Below, in pieces: positions 1-11,472 of a stretch of 64,000 nt of DNA (positions within the stretch are counted from its first letter, which is position 1; each line of letters starts with the position of its first letter). Below the pieces are notes generated by a model. It was not told the DNA's origin and did no database searches. It saw only the letters and a program-made list of their open reading frames with translations. The position numbers were made by a program, and so were the translations under genes. The stretch comes from a bacterium (GTDB lineage: Bacteria; SM23-31). The stretch is taken from the NCBI GenBank assembly GCA_965249485.1, contig OZ252239.1, positions 1-64,000 on the forward strand. The letters run 5' to 3'.

Positions 1-574
1 GGCAAAAAGAGCAATCGCCGTTGCTGCCACGACTTTCTACAGACTAGTATGGATGGTGCACTGGTAAAACAATATAAATATACAAATCTCTCTATCATAT
101 ATTCAAGAATAATTTTTCACCCTCTATCATGCAAAATCAAAATTTTAATTTATGTTTTGAAAAAAATACTGTACATTAGTAAATCTAAATTCTTACTTGT
201 GCATCATATATTCTTTAAGATTCCCAGAGTATTCCGAAACAGCTCCCTCCACTATCGCGAAACCGGAATGTTATTTCCTTCAGCACAACAAGAAGTGTAA
301 GCGGAGTAAATCGCTGTTTTTGAACTATTTGTTATTCCGATTCAGAGAGCAGTCTAATCACAGTCAGGCACGATAATACAATATTGGATTGCTCACTATT
401 TCTCACTTTCCCCTCGTAACAATTCCGACGATTGATTAGCGGGATTGATTATGAGCATGTTTTTGTTATTATAATGGGATTTTCCATTCAGCACAGATGT
501 TAAATGATTTGCATTTTGTTAACATAGTTATATCCCAATCTGTACTGTAAATTACCGAAAGCAGGGTATGAATA

Positions 575-3247
575 ATGTCAGATGATACATCTAGTACTAC
601 CAACTTTGATATTGAAAATAGAGAATGGCTCGATTCGCTCAACGACATTTATCGTGAATCCGGACCTGAACGTGTTCGGGAGTTGCTACGGCTTCTTCAG
701 ACACATGCTCAAAAGCGCGGTATTCAAACACCGTATGCTGCTAACACACCATACATTAATACGATACCCGTTGAGAATCAGCCGGTCTATCCAGGCAGTA
801 GAGAAATTGAACGGCGCATCAAAAGCATTATCCGGTGGAATGCCATGGCAATGGTTGTTCGGGCAAATCGTTTCTCGGAAGGTATAGGGGGACATATATC
901 GACCTACGCATCTGTTGCTACGTTGTACGAGGTTGGATTTAACCATTTCTTTAGAGGGATTAACCATGAAAGCAAGGGCGATTTTATCTACTTTCAGGGG
1001 CATTCCATTCCGGGAATCTACTCTCGTAGTTTTCTTGAGGGGCGGTTATCGGAAAAACTGCTCGAAAATTTCAGACAGGAACTTAAACCCGGTGGAGGTT
1101 TATCTTCGTATCCCCATCCATGGTTGATGCCTGATTATTGGGAATTTCCGACCGTTTCGATGGGACTCAGTTCGATTATGGCCATTTATCAGGCGCGGTT
1201 CAATCATTATCTCATTGACCGGGGCCATAAAGAAGATACCGGGCAGAAAATTTGGGCATTTCTCGGCGATGGCGAGCTTGACGAACCGGAATCACTCGGG
1301 GCAATCACCCTGCCGCCGAGAGAAAAACTTGATAACTTGATTTTTGTGATTAACTGCAATCTTCAACGGCTTGACGGTCCTGTAAGGGGCAATGGGAAAA
1401 TCATTCAGGAAGTCGAAGCTGCATTCCGAGGAGCAGGCTGGAATGTTATCAAAGTGATCTGGGGATCGGAGTGGGACCCCCTGTTGAAGAGTGATAAAGA
1501 CAATCTCCTCGTAAGACGTATGGAAGAGGCAGTTGACGGTGACTATCAAAAATATAAAGCAGTAAGTGGGAGCTATATACGGGAACATTTCTTCGGAAAG
1601 TATGACCAGCTTCGTGAATTAGTCAGCCATTTTACCGATGAGCAGATATTCCAACTCAAACGGGGCGGCCACGATCCTGATAAAATATATGCGGCATACA
1701 AAGCTGCTGTAGAGCATAAAGACGCACCGACAGTCATCATAGCGAAAACAGTTAAGGGATATGGGCTCGGTGAAGCCGGTGAAGGAAAAAACATTTCACA
1801 TCAGCAGAAAAAGCTTAACGAAGACGAATTGCGTGAATTTAGAAGCAGATTCGATATTCCTATCTCCGACAAAGATGTAGCAAACGCTCCTTTTTATAAA
1901 CCTGATAAAAACAGCCCTGAGATGGAGTATCTCCATGAACGCCGGAAGGCACTTGGCGGATTTGTGCCCGAACGAAAAGTGAGAGCAAAACCACTCAAAA
2001 CGCCGAAAGATGAAATCTTTGCAGAATTTTATACCGGCTCAAAAGGGAGAGAAGTTGCCACAACAATGGCAATTGTACAGCTTCTTTCAAAGCTATTGGA
2101 CGACAAGGAATTCGGAAAATTTATCGTTCCGATTATCCCGGATGAGGCACGTACATTTGGAATGGAGGCACTGTTTCGCAAAATCGGAATTTACTCTCAC
2201 GTCGGTCAGCTCTATGAACCGGTTGACAGTGAAAGTCTGCTCTACTACAAAGAAGCAAAAGACGGTGCAATTCTTGAAGAAGGGATTACCGAAGCAGGTG
2301 CGATGTCGTCTTTTATCGCCGCAGCTACATCATATGCTACTAACGGCATTAATATGATCCCGTTTTTCGTCTACTACTCTATGTTTGGTTTTCAGAGGAT
2401 CGGAGATCTTATCTGGGCGGCTGGCGATATGCAGGCACGGGGATTTCTTGTCGGCGGAACCGCGGGACGTACGACGCTTGCTGGAGAAGGTCTGCAGCAT
2501 CAGGACGGCAACAGCCATGTTCTTGCATTACCGGTCCCAAACCTCTGCGCGTACGATCCGACATTTGCATATGAGATTGCAGTGATTGTGAAAAACGGTA
2601 TCTACCGGATGTATGAAAAACAGGAAAATATTTTTTATTATATTACAGTAATGAACGAAACATATCCGATGCCGCCTATGCCGAAGGGTGTCGAAGAAGG
2701 GATTCTGAAAGGTATTTATCTATTTCAGAAGTCTGGTAATAAGAAATCAAAATTGAAGGCACACCTTCTTGGAAGCGGAACAATTCTCAATGAAGTGATA
2801 AAAGCAGCTGAAATACTTGAAAAACAATACAACATTTCTTCCGATGTATGGAGCGTCACCAGTTACAAGGAATTATATAGAGATGCATTGGATACGGAGC
2901 GCTGGAACATGCTCAATCCTGATAAAAAGCAGAAGGTGGCCTACCTAAACCAGTGTCTAACAGAGAAGGACAGCATCTATGTTGCGGCATCCGATTATTG
3001 CAAAGCTTTACCACTTTCGGTGAGTAAGTGGATCCCCGGACAATTTGTAGCGCTCGGAACCGATGGCTACGGAAGAAGTGACGGGAGAGAAGCCTTGCGT
3101 GACTTTTTTGAAGTCGATGCGCGGTACATCGTCCTTGCCACGGTCAATACACTTGCAAAAGAAAATAAAGTGAAACCAGATTTAATAAAAAAAGTGATCT
3201 CCGATCTGAAAATTAATAGTGACAAGCTCAATCCGCTTTATGCATAA
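575..3247 (+). CDS. aceE: Pyruvate dehydrogenase E1 component, homodimeric (AceE type)
   Basis: 890 aa; TPYINTIP, GGHISTYAS, FQGH, GLSSYPHP, TPP-binding GDGE...NCN, DEARTFGME, GEGLQHQDG, LGTDGYGRSD motifs. Confidence 0.97.
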   Translation: MSDDTSSTTNFDIENREWLDSLNDIYRESGPERVRELLRLLQTHAQKRGIQTPYAANTPYINTIPVENQPVYPGSREIERRIKSIIRWNAMAMVVRANRFSEGIGGHISTYASVATLYEVGFNHFFRGINHESKGDFIYFQGHSIPGIYSRSFLEGRLSEKLLENFRQELKPGGGLSSYPHPWLMPDYWEFPTVSMGLSSIMAIYQARFNHYLIDRGHKEDTGQKIWAFLGDGELDEPESLGAITLPPREKLDNLIFVINCNLQRLDGPVRGNGKIIQEVEAAFRGAGWNVIKVIWGSEWDPLLKSDKDNLLVRRMEEAVDGDYQKYKAVSGSYIREHFFGKYDQLRELVSHFTDEQIFQLKRGGHDPDKIYAAYKAAVEHKDAPTVIIAKTVKGYGLGEAGEGKNISHQQKKLNEDELREFRSRFDIPISDKDVANAPFYKPDKNSPEMEYLHERRKALGGFVPERKVRAKPLKTPKDEIFAEFYTGSKGREVATTMAIVQLLSKLLDDKEFGKFIVPIIPDEARTFGMEALFRKIGIYSHVGQLYEPVDSESLLYYKEAKDGAILEEGITEAGAMSSFIAAATSYATNGINMIPFFVYYSMFGFQRIGDLIWAAGDMQARGFLVGGTAGRTTLAGEGLQHQDGNSHVLALPVPNLCAYDPTFAYEIAVIVKNGIYRMYEKQENIFYYITVMNETYPMPPMPKGVEEGILKGIYLFQKSGNKKSKLKAHLLGSGTILNEVIKAAEILEKQYNISSDVWSVTSYKELYRDALDTERWNMLNPDKKQKVAYLNQCLTEKDSIYVAASDYCKALPLSVSKWIPGQFVALGTDGYGRSDGREALRDFFEVDARYIVLATVNTLAKENKVKPDLIKKVISDLKINSDKLNPLYA

Positions 3248-3263
3248 ACACCGAGGATGAACA

Positions 3264-4571
3264 ATGTTAAAAGAAATCAAACTACCTGAAATCTCTGAGA
3301 ATGTAAGCAGTGCCGATATTATTTCTGTGATGGTGAAGAAAGGCGACGTTGTAGATGTAGACCAGTCATTGTTGGAAGTTGAAACCGATAAAGCGTCATT
3401 TGATGTGCCTTCAACTGATAAGGGAACAGTGGTTGAAGTCCTTGTTAAAGCGAACGATACGATTAATGTCGGCCAGGTAATTATAAAGATCGACACGGAT
3501 TCGGCAACACAGCAAAAACCGCAAGAAGAAACACCTGAACCGGAAGCAGCACAAGAAAAACCTCAAAAATCTGAAACAGAAGAAGTTCCGGCGGAGAGCG
3601 AAGTGGTTCAGGAACCGGTTTCAGTTGAACCGGTACTCGATGATTCCGATGCACAGCCACCTCAATTGGAAATCTCCGGGACGCCGGCATCACCAACGGT
3701 GCGCCGATTTGCACGGGAGCTCGGCGTCGATATCAAATCAGTTTCAGGTACAGGGCCAGGAGGCAGGATTTCGCAGGATGATGTAAAAAAGCATGTCAAA
3801 TCGGTATTGACACAGCCCTCTGCATTACCGGGGGGAGCGGTATCGCCATCACTGCCCGATTTTGCCAAATGGGGAGAAATTGAGCGTGAAAAATTGTCAA
3901 CCGTCAGAAAAATAACCGCTCAAATGATGGGACACGCCTGGACCACAATACCCCATGTGACGCAGTTCGATGCGGCTGATATTACCGATATGAACAGTTT
4001 TATCAAAAAATACGGTAAACGTGTCGAACAAGCTGGAGGTAAGCTGACAATAACTGCAATTATTCTGAAAATTGTCGCTCAGGCGCTCAAGACTTTTCCG
4101 AAGTTTAATTCCAGCATCGATATGCAGAGCAACGAACTCATATATAAAAAATATTACAATATCAGTATTGCCGTCGATACCGAGCGCGGACTTTTGGTTC
4201 CGGTGATCCGGGATGTCGATTCAAAAAGTATTAAAGAGTTATCCCTTGAACTGATTGATATTGCCGAACGGACGCGAAACAAAAAGATTGGTCCGGTTGA
4301 CCTTGAAGGCGGTACATTTACTATTTCCAATCAGGGTGGAATAGGGGGAACACAATTTACTCCAATCGTATACTGGCCGCAGGCCGCTATTATAGGTATC
4401 AGTCGATCAAAATTAGAACCAGTCCATAACGGCGAATCGTTTGAGCCGAGGATGGTTTTGCCATTATCTCTTTCGTATGATCACCGCATTATAGACGGGG
4501 CTGATGCAGCCCGGTTTCTCCGGTGGATTAAAGAGGCTCTCGAGCAGCCGATTCTCCTCGTTTTTGAATAA
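3264..4571 (+). CDS. aceF: Dihydrolipoamide acetyltransferase E2 (single lipoyl domain)
   Basis: ETDKAS lipoyl-Lys motif, acidic linker, ASPTVRRFARELGVD E3-binding domain, SYDHRIIDGADAARF catalytic motif; directly downstream of aceE. Confidence 0.95.
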   Translation: MLKEIKLPEISENVSSADIISVMVKKGDVVDVDQSLLEVETDKASFDVPSTDKGTVVEVLVKANDTINVGQVIIKIDTDSATQQKPQEETPEPEAAQEKPQKSETEEVPAESEVVQEPVSVEPVLDDSDAQPPQLEISGTPASPTVRRFARELGVDIKSVSGTGPGGRISQDDVKKHVKSVLTQPSALPGGAVSPSLPDFAKWGEIEREKLSTVRKITAQMMGHAWTTIPHVTQFDAADITDMNSFIKKYGKRVEQAGGKLTITAIILKIVAQALKTFPKFNSSIDMQSNELIYKKYYNISIAVDTERGLLVPVIRDVDSKSIKELSLELIDIAERTRNKKIGPVDLEGGTFTISNQGGIGGTQFTPIVYWPQAAIIGISRSKLEPVHNGESFEPRMVLPLSLSYDHRIIDGADAARFLRWIKEALEQPILLVFE

Positions 4572-4620
4572 GTAGGTTAGACATCTGAAAGACTACATTA
4601 TAATATGAGTGGAGATTTTC

Positions 4621-6048
4621 ATGGTAGAATCAGGTAGTAAAAAACAGGTTGTGATTGTCGGTAGTGGTCCGGGCGGTTATGCAGCAGCTTTCCTTGCAGC
4701 CGATCTCGGTATGCAGGTGACTTTAATCGATGCACGGGAAAATCCGGGCGGTGTCTGTTTATATATCGGCTGTATCCCCTCAAAAGCGCTTCTCCATATT
4801 GCAAAAGTAATCAACGAAGCAAAAGAGGCACAAAACTGGGGGATTACGTTTTCCGAACCGAAAATTGACATCGATAAACTCCGGACGTGGAAGGAAAGTA
4901 TTGTCGACAAAATGACCGGCGGCCTCGGTCAACTCAGCAAACGACGGAAAGTTGAATTTATTCAGGGTAAAGCTTTTTTTAAAGATTCCGGGACAATTGA
5001 AATTACGCGGGAAAGCGGCGGTACGGAAACTATCACGTTTGAACATGCAATAATTGCAACAGGATCTAAACCGGTAAAAATACCGAGTTTGTCTCTCGAC
5101 TCACCCCGTGTTCTCGATTCAACCTCAGCGCTCGAACTCGAAAACATCCCCAAAACTCTGCTGATTGTCGGTGGCGGTTATATCGGCCTGGAGATCGGTT
5201 CAGTGTATGCTGCTCTGGGATCGAAAGTGTCGGTTGTTGAAATGACCGACGGCCTGTTGCAGGGCGCCGACAGAGACATGGTAAAAGTGCTCCATAAACA
5301 GCTCGAATTAAGATTTGAATCGATAATGCTCCAAACTATGGTGAAGGAGATAAAAAAACAGAAAAACGGAATCAAGGTTGTGTTTGATGGTGCAGATGTG
5401 GAGATTAAAGAAAAAGTATATGAGAAAATTCTCGTATCAGTCGGCAGGAAACCGGTATCTGACGGTTTTGGTCTTGAAAACACCGGAATAACAGTTGATA
5501 CGAAAGGATTTATTCCAGTAGACGAACAGCGCAGAACCAGTGTCCCGACTATCTTTGCAATCGGAGATATTGCAGGTGAACCAATGCTGGCACATAAAGC
5601 TTCATTTGAGGGACGCGTCGCTGTTGAAGTAATTGCTGGACATAAGGTCGGTTATGAACCGCAGGCTATTCCGGCGGTTGTCTTCACTGATCCCGAAATT
5701 GCGTGGTGCGGACTGACAGAAACCGAGGCAAAAAGTAAAAAAATTCCCGTCGAGATTGCTAAATTTCCGTGGGGTGCTTCAGGAAGAGCGACCGCCATGG
5801 GAATTCATGACGGTTTAACAAAGCTGGTGATCGATCCCGAATCTAAGCGTGTTCTTGGTGTCGGTATTGCCGGCTCTGGTGCGGGTGAAATGATTGCCGA
5901 AGGAGTTCTGGCAATTGAGATGGCATCGCTTGTTTCTGATGTGGAGCTTTCAATCCATCCTCACCCGACTTTGTCCGAAACCGTTATGGAAGCTGCTGCT
6001 GCTTTTTACGGAACAAGTACCCATATCTACAGACCTAAAAAAAAGTGA
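4621..6048 (+). CDS. lpdA: Dihydrolipoamide dehydrogenase E3
   Basis: GSGPGGY FAD motif, GGVCLYIGCIPSK redox disulfide, GGGYIG, HPHPTLSE; ATG at 4621 follows GGAG RBS (ORF track starts at GTG 4609). Confidence 0.96.
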   Translation: MVESGSKKQVVIVGSGPGGYAAAFLAADLGMQVTLIDARENPGGVCLYIGCIPSKALLHIAKVINEAKEAQNWGITFSEPKIDIDKLRTWKESIVDKMTGGLGQLSKRRKVEFIQGKAFFKDSGTIEITRESGGTETITFEHAIIATGSKPVKIPSLSLDSPRVLDSTSALELENIPKTLLIVGGGYIGLEIGSVYAALGSKVSVVEMTDGLLQGADRDMVKVLHKQLELRFESIMLQTMVKEIKKQKNGIKVVFDGADVEIKEKVYEKILVSVGRKPVSDGFGLENTGITVDTKGFIPVDEQRRTSVPTIFAIGDIAGEPMLAHKASFEGRVAVEVIAGHKVGYEPQAIPAVVFTDPEIAWCGLTETEAKSKKIPVEIAKFPWGASGRATAMGIHDGLTKLVIDPESKRVLGVGIAGSGAGEMIAEGVLAIEMASLVSDVELSIHPHPTLSETVMEAAAAFYGTSTHIYRPKKK

Positions 6049-6072
6049 TTTAACGGTCTGAAAAAAAGTTGT

Positions 6073-6098
6073 TAATTCCTGGATATAGACAGGAATTA
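6073..6098. terminator. Hairpin between convergent lpdA and beta-propeller gene
   Basis: 9-bp inverted repeat TAATTCCTG...CAGGAATTA; A-run just upstream gives a U-tract on the minus strand. Confidence 0.45.
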
Positions 6099-6106
6099 TA
6101 AATAAG

Positions 6107-7057
6107 TTACTGCTTGTTCATTTCTGCTTCTTCAAACAGAATTCCAGTAAACGCAAGTTTGTTTCCTTTCGGACTGACAGCAAGACGGGTAATTTTATAA
6201 ATACCATATGAACTGAAATCGGCTACTTCTTCCCACCCAAATTTGTTAATAAAGGGTGCTGCTTCCATCAATATTGCTCCCTTTCCCATCATAATCGTTT
6301 TGCGTGGTGTCCAGCAGTAGTCCTCCATCCACCACAACATGGGTGCAAGCGGATTGATTGTATCGGTATCAAGATTATACTCCACGATGTCCCAGCCAAT
6401 AACGCTGGGTTGCCCATCAAGCATTTTTTTGAGATAACTGAAGGAGTTCGTTTTAGGAATTTTATAGAGTGCCCTGCCAATATGTCTCGTTATATATTTT
6501 AATTCACCGGTATTGAGATTTTTAATATAGAGTTCCGGAACAAGTCCGCCGTTCTCCTTTAAAAGAGCAAATAAAGCAACTGTAGAATCATTGACCCATG
6601 TGTAATAACCCAGATTTTTATCGTCTACCAAAAGTTCAAATTTACCGGCATTTCCCGGAAAAGGCATTTGCCAGAGATGAGTTGTTTCATCCTCGTTCTC
6701 TCTGAGTGCAGTGATCATGGTGCCGTCCGGACTGACACGCGGGGAGTACTCTTTTTCAGGAAATGTATAATAGACTCTCGTAATTGTATCGGACTGAAGA
6801 TCGTATTGATAAATGTCAGTTTGTCCTCCCGATCTGTCGGACGTAAAAAGAATTCGTTCGCCATCGGGAGTAAATACAGGTTGATTGTCATATCCGACTG
6901 AGTTCGTGATGTTTTTCGGTGGGCCGTATTGAATCAGTTCGTCCTTATAAAACACATCAACCAGATAGATATCGGGTGTATTAGATGACTGTCCATAACT
7001 GCTTGATATTAGTAGTGCGTAAACACATCCAGTGAGAATCAGACGAATAATTATCAT
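6107..7057 (-). CDS. Exported TolB-like/PD40 beta-propeller protein
   Basis: Signal peptide (MIIIRLIL...YGQ); YDNQPVFTPDG, EYSPRVSPDG, RLAVSPKGNKLAF repeats; start moved to ATG 7057 behind AGGGG. Confidence 0.8.
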   Translation of the reverse strand: MIIIRLILTGCVYALLISSSYGQSSNTPDIYLVDVFYKDELIQYGPPKNITNSVGYDNQPVFTPDGERILFTSDRSGGQTDIYQYDLQSDTITRVYYTFPEKEYSPRVSPDGTMITALRENEDETTHLWQMPFPGNAGKFELLVDDKNLGYYTWVNDSTVALFALLKENGGLVPELYIKNLNTGELKYITRHIGRALYKIPKTNSFSYLKKMLDGQPSVIGWDIVEYNLDTDTINPLAPMLWWMEDYCWTPRKTIMMGKGAILMEAAPFINKFGWEEVADFSSYGIYKITRLAVSPKGNKLAFTGILFEEAEMNKQ

Positions 7058-7358
7058 ACTCGATGCCCCTATAATACCGTTTGACATTTTATTAGTAATA
7101 ACAGAAATTATCATTATGGTAATTGATTGATTAATTCTACTTCAAACTGCTGTAAATGTTCCATTCGATGAAAGATTCATTTGTCCGGCTATCAATGTAT
7201 TACTATTATTGATTAGTATCATCATTAATTGAGTTTTTTTCGTATATCTGTATTGAAAGCAGATACAAATTCTTACAAAAAAACTTTACGCCTTCACACG
7301 TCTATTTTCAGCTCTCTAACGTTTTATTTTTCATCTACTCAATGCTTTTCCTTTGTGT

Positions 7359-7521
7359 ATGAATACCCAGAACGTGTGGCGGTTAGCGGATGAACTGGTC
7401 GATGCGAATGTTATGTTTGAAATGATGCTCTATCCGATACGGAAACACGATATCAGAGACCGGACAGCACGGATGACACCTCTTTACCACCATGCTCGAT
7501 TTCTGGAAACGGATTTTGTGA
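7359..7521 (+). pseudogene. C-terminal remnant of an S9B/DPP IV-type peptidase
   Basis: QNVWRLADELVDANVMFEMMLYPIRKHDI followed by a frameshift into HLFTTMLDFWKRIL*, the typical DPP IV C-terminus around the catalytic His; the rest of the gene is absent. Confidence 0.7.
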
Positions 7522-7552
7522 TAATACTTCGAAATATATGTCTACAAACAAA

Positions 7553-9121
7553 CTAATTTAACGCCGGAAACAATGCGGGCGGGCGTCGGTGCCGGGTTGC
7601 CTGTTCGTAGGAGTATGCTATTTTTATAATGTCCGGTTCTCCAAAATGACGGCCGACAATCTGCAGCCCCGCAGGCAGGTTTTCCTGCACAAATCCCATC
7701 GGTACGGTGATTGCCGGCTGGCCGGTGTGGGGCGGGAAATAGTCACTATTGTTGCCATCCGGACTTTCCATATCGTGAATTCTGCGAGGCGGATTGCTCC
7801 ATGTCGGATAGACGATTGCATCGAGATTATGTTCTTCCATTGCTTGTAATACCTCATCCCGCAGCGCGATATTGTCGGGAGCATCATAAACGCTCTGGCA
7901 CGGTGGTGATTCGGAAATATTCCTGATCTTCTGAAGCCGGCGCTGTAGACGCTCTTCTATATAAGGAGAATAGAGACCAGATTTATAAATGCTTTCAATC
8001 GTTTGATAGGGCGCCTTTTCACCGAGCAAATTTAGATAGGTATCGACATCATACTGGAATGAATCACACCAGATATCTTTCCAGAGATTTTTTGCATCGG
8101 GAATAACAAACGGATCAACAATTATCGCACCTTTACTTCGCATGTCGTTGATTGCATTTTTAAAAAGAACCTGAATTTCTGAATCGGCTGTTGGCGTATC
8201 GACAAGTATCCGAAGAACACCGATACGAGCGCCGTTCAAGCCTTCCGGATCGAGAAACTGTGAGTAGTTTTCCGGCACATTCCCTTCGCTCATCCGGGTT
8301 ATTGAATCTGCCGGATCGTACCCTGCAATAACCTCAAGAATTTTTACCGCATCTTTCACCGTACGCGCCATCGGTCCGCCAATATCGTTATGGAGTTCGA
8401 GCGGTACGATGCCGTCTCTGCTTGTAAGACCCATAGTCGATCTGATACCGACGAGTGCCGTATGTGATGAAGGGCCGCGAATAGAATTTCCAGTATCGGT
8501 CCCTAAACCAACCATACCGAAATTTGCCGCGACCGCGGCGGCTGTTCCACCACTCGAACCGGCAGGGACACGCGTGAGATTGTACGGATTTCTGGTGATT
8601 CCGGCTATTGAGCTGACAGTCTGAAAAGGGCTGAACGCCCACTCTGCCATGTTCGATTTTGCCAGTACGATTGCACCTGCCTCTCGAAGTTTCCGTACCT
8701 GATAGGCATCATCCGGTGGAAGCGATCCTTTGAGAGCGAGTGATCCTCCGGCAGTCTGTAAATCCGCTGTGTCGTAGTTGTCTTTTACAATGACCGGAAT
8801 GCCGTGGAGTGGCCTGAGTGTTCCGGTTTTCTTGATTTCCTCATCGAGTTCATCGGCCCGCTGCAGAGCATTGGAGTTGATAACAACAAGAGAATTGAGC
8901 CGCATCGGCTGATCATACAGTTCAATTCTCTCAAGATATGCTTCAACAAGCTGGCGGGCGGTCAGTGTTCCTTCCTGAAATGCTGTGTGAATTTCTGCAA
9001 TTGTTGTTTCATGTACACGAAACAACTCTGACTTATCAGGACTCGAAGAGCAAGAAACGTGCAACATAAAAAAAAGACAACCGAGTACCACAACAATCCT
9101 ATAAATCCGCCAAATATTCAT
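7553..9121 (-). CDS. Amidase-signature family amidase, probable lipoprotein
   Basis: [11 protein letters not shown] (Lys), [14 protein letters not shown] (Ser-cisSer-Lys triad); N-terminal signal ending ..VSC. Confidence 0.92.
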   Translation of the reverse strand: MNIWRIYRIVVVLGCLFFMLHVSCSSSPDKSELFRVHETTIAEIHTAFQEGTLTARQLVEAYLERIELYDQPMRLNSLVVINSNALQRADELDEEIKKTGTLRPLHGIPVIVKDNYDTADLQTAGGSLALKGSLPPDDAYQVRKLREAGAIVLAKSNMAEWAFSPFQTVSSIAGITRNPYNLTRVPAGSSGGTAAAVAANFGMVGLGTDTGNSIRGPSSHTALVGIRSTMGLTSRDGIVPLELHNDIGGPMARTVKDAVKILEVIAGYDPADSITRMSEGNVPENYSQFLDPEGLNGARIGVLRILVDTPTADSEIQVLFKNAINDMRSKGAIIVDPFVIPDAKNLWKDIWCDSFQYDVDTYLNLLGEKAPYQTIESIYKSGLYSPYIEERLQRRLQKIRNISESPPCQSVYDAPDNIALRDEVLQAMEEHNLDAIVYPTWSNPPRRIHDMESPDGNNSDYFPPHTGQPAITVPMGFVQENLPAGLQIVGRHFGEPDIIKIAYSYEQATRHRRPPALFPALN

Positions 9122-9193
9122 GTATCAACTCCCACCTCATCTACATCTTTTGAGTATTTGATTTCTATTGTGACAATGAGACTACAATTAATG

Positions 9194-9229
9194 AAAAAAA
9201 TCCGGATTGCGGGCTTATCAATCCGGATT
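9194..9229 (-). terminator. Rho-independent terminator after ggt
   Basis: 11-bp stem AATCCGGATTG/CAATCCGGATT followed by a U-tract on the minus strand. Confidence 0.8.
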
Positions 9230-9278
9230 CCCGTTCATGAACAGAATTTGAAAAATTATACTAAAAAAGTACTATTTT

Positions 9279-11153
9279 TTACCATGCAATACCGTAGTCT
9301 TCTCCGTGATTACTCGAGCCACCCCACATGGAGCCATGCTCCCTATCGAAGAATATTGCGTTGATTGGGCCTGATGTGTATTTACTGTAGTCGAGGCGGT
9401 AGCCCATTTCAGCGAGATCGCTCCTGACCCACGGAGGTACAGATTCGTTGAGTGTGAGTCTTCCGGGATCGGACACATGTGCATCGAACGAACTCCGCAT
9501 CTGGTAGCTGATAATATTTGCGGCTTCGACCGCTTCCTGCACATTCATTCCGAATTCAACAAAATTGAGGAAAAACTGGAGCGAATTCTGATCCTGTGTA
9601 TCACCGCCCTGAACAGCGAACGAAAGATACGGTTTTCCGTCTTTGAGTGCCATACTCGGTGTCAGGGTTGCACGCGGCCGTTTGCCCGGTTCAAGCACAT
9701 TGTAGGGATTTTCGGATTCGTGGAGCACAAAACTCTGCATCCGCTGGCTCATACCGATACCGGTGCGTCCGGCAATTGATGCCGGTATCCACCCACCGCT
9801 CGGTGTGATAGACACCACCCAACCATCTTTGTCTGCAGCCTGCATTGACGTGGTTCCAGCCAGAAATCCTTCTTCAAATGTCCGGTCCAGATTTGCACTT
9901 GAATTTGATGCAGGATCTTTCGGTTTTGAGTTCCACTCTTTTATAAAGTGGAGATATGGATTTTCCTTTCCTTCATACGGATAGGGATCGCCCGGCTTGA
10001 TATCGGGATCGTTTTCTTCCCAATTGATGAGTTTGCTTCTGTCTTTTGCATACGTTTTCGACAGGAGACCTTCTATCGGTTCTTCCGGCGGGTAGTAGGG
10101 ATCACCGTAGTAAAAATCCCGGTCGGCAAATGCCAGATTCATCGCCTGATACATGGTGTGGATATATCTCGACGTGTTATATCCCATCGATTTGACATCG
10201 AAATTTTCGAGAATGTTCAGTGCCTGCAGCATAACCGGTCCCTGGACCCACGATGTGAGTTTATACACCTCGATATCTTTGTAGGTGGTGGAAACCGGTT
10301 CTTCAAGGTAGACCTGCCAGTTTGCAAGGTCTTTGAGTGTATGGAGTCCTCCTTGTTCGCGGGAACCACGCACATATTCCTCAGCTATATCACCTTTGTA
10401 AAACCGGTCATACGCGGCATAGATAGCTTCTTTCCTGCTTTTACCCTGTGCGAGAGCTCTGGCTTCTGCGTCAACCAGCTTTTGTAGTGTCGCGAGCAGA
10501 TCAGGCTGTCTGAAGATCTCACCGGGATGTGGTGCTTCCCGGTCTTCTCCGGCGTGTGTTAGAAAAACTTCTCGTGAATAAGGCCATTCTTTGATACGTT
10601 CCTTTTCCCGTTCCATTGCATCTGCCGTCAGTTTTTCAATCGGATACCCATCTGCCATCTGCATTGCAGGTCCCAGAACATCCTTCAAACTTAATATTCC
10701 AAATTCGGCAAGCATGACGAGGAGACCTCCCGGAGTTCCGGGTGTCACCGCAGCAAGCGGACCAAAGGCGGGAGGAAACGGCATATCCTGATCTGAAAAA
10801 TAGTCCGGTGTTGCCCCAGTTGGTGCAACTCCAAGTGCATTGATCCCAATTACTTTACCGGTATTCGGATTATAGATGAGCGCCTGTGTTTCCCCACCCC
10901 AGCTCAAAGCATCATACATTGTTGCTGTAGCACCCAACATAGCACAGGCAGCATCAACCGCATTTCCGCCCTTCTGGAACATCATCGCTCCAGCTGTTGC
11001 ACCAAGGGGTTTACCGGTAATGGCAACCCAGTGTCTGCCATGCAATATGGGCTTTTCTGTTCTTTGTGCAAAAGCATTCGAAATCATAAGAGACAAAACC
11101 GCAGTAATCATAATAAATCGATATCCGGATACTTTATTGTTAGCGAAAAACAT
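9279..11153 (-). CDS. ggt: Gamma-glutamyltransferase family protein with signal peptide
   Basis: GGNAVDAA, LAFADRDFYYGDP, GTTS (N-terminal nucleophile Thr), PGKRPRATLTP, QGGDTQDQ. Confidence 0.9.
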   Translation of the reverse strand: MFFANNKVSGYRFIMITAVLSLMISNAFAQRTEKPILHGRHWVAITGKPLGATAGAMMFQKGGNAVDAACAMLGATATMYDALSWGGETQALIYNPNTGKVIGINALGVAPTGATPDYFSDQDMPFPPAFGPLAAVTPGTPGGLLVMLAEFGILSLKDVLGPAMQMADGYPIEKLTADAMEREKERIKEWPYSREVFLTHAGEDREAPHPGEIFRQPDLLATLQKLVDAEARALAQGKSRKEAIYAAYDRFYKGDIAEEYVRGSREQGGLHTLKDLANWQVYLEEPVSTTYKDIEVYKLTSWVQGPVMLQALNILENFDVKSMGYNTSRYIHTMYQAMNLAFADRDFYYGDPYYPPEEPIEGLLSKTYAKDRSKLINWEENDPDIKPGDPYPYEGKENPYLHFIKEWNSKPKDPASNSSANLDRTFEEGFLAGTTSMQAADKDGWVVSITPSGGWIPASIAGRTGIGMSQRMQSFVLHESENPYNVLEPGKRPRATLTPSMALKDGKPYLSFAVQGGDTQDQNSLQFFLNFVEFGMNVQEAVEAANIISYQMRSSFDAHVSDPGRLTLNESVPPWVRSDLAEMGYRLDYSKYTSGPINAIFFDREHGSMWGGSSNHGEDYGIAW

Positions 11154-11289
11154 AAATTACCTCCTTAAAACCTATGTCTTGAATTTATATTTATTTATTG
11201 ACTTTTAATTAAGGAAAGAATAAGGGTACAGTGTTGCATTAATAATTGTACAGGTTCAAATTATTTAAATCAAGGAAAATATCACCCAT

Positions 11290-11472
11290 TTACTTCACCT
11301 CATCAACAAAATACATATCGATTTTTCCTCTGTTTTTTATATCGATTCCTGCTGTTATAATACCTGCAGTTGGATTATATGAACCCATTTTATTGCAACA
11401 CTGAGCAATTACATTTGTAATGGAATCGAGCGTATCGATCCCTTCAGCATGCCCAACACTTACTTTTAGCAT
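11290..11472 (-). pseudogene. N-terminal remnant of a FIST-domain protein
   Basis: MLKVSVGHAEGIDTLDSITNVIAQC...PTAGIITAGID resembles the start of FIST_N proteins, then stops after 60 aa. Confidence 0.5.

Noticed and set aside
270..290. Glycine-riboswitch-like CUGAAGGA on the minus strand
   Set aside because: The GGAGA and CUCUCAGG partner elements are not in the expected arrangement; kept only as a generic structure candidate
49..300. 83-aa ORF upstream of aceE
   Set aside because: AT-rich, no recognisable motif or RBS; likely spurious
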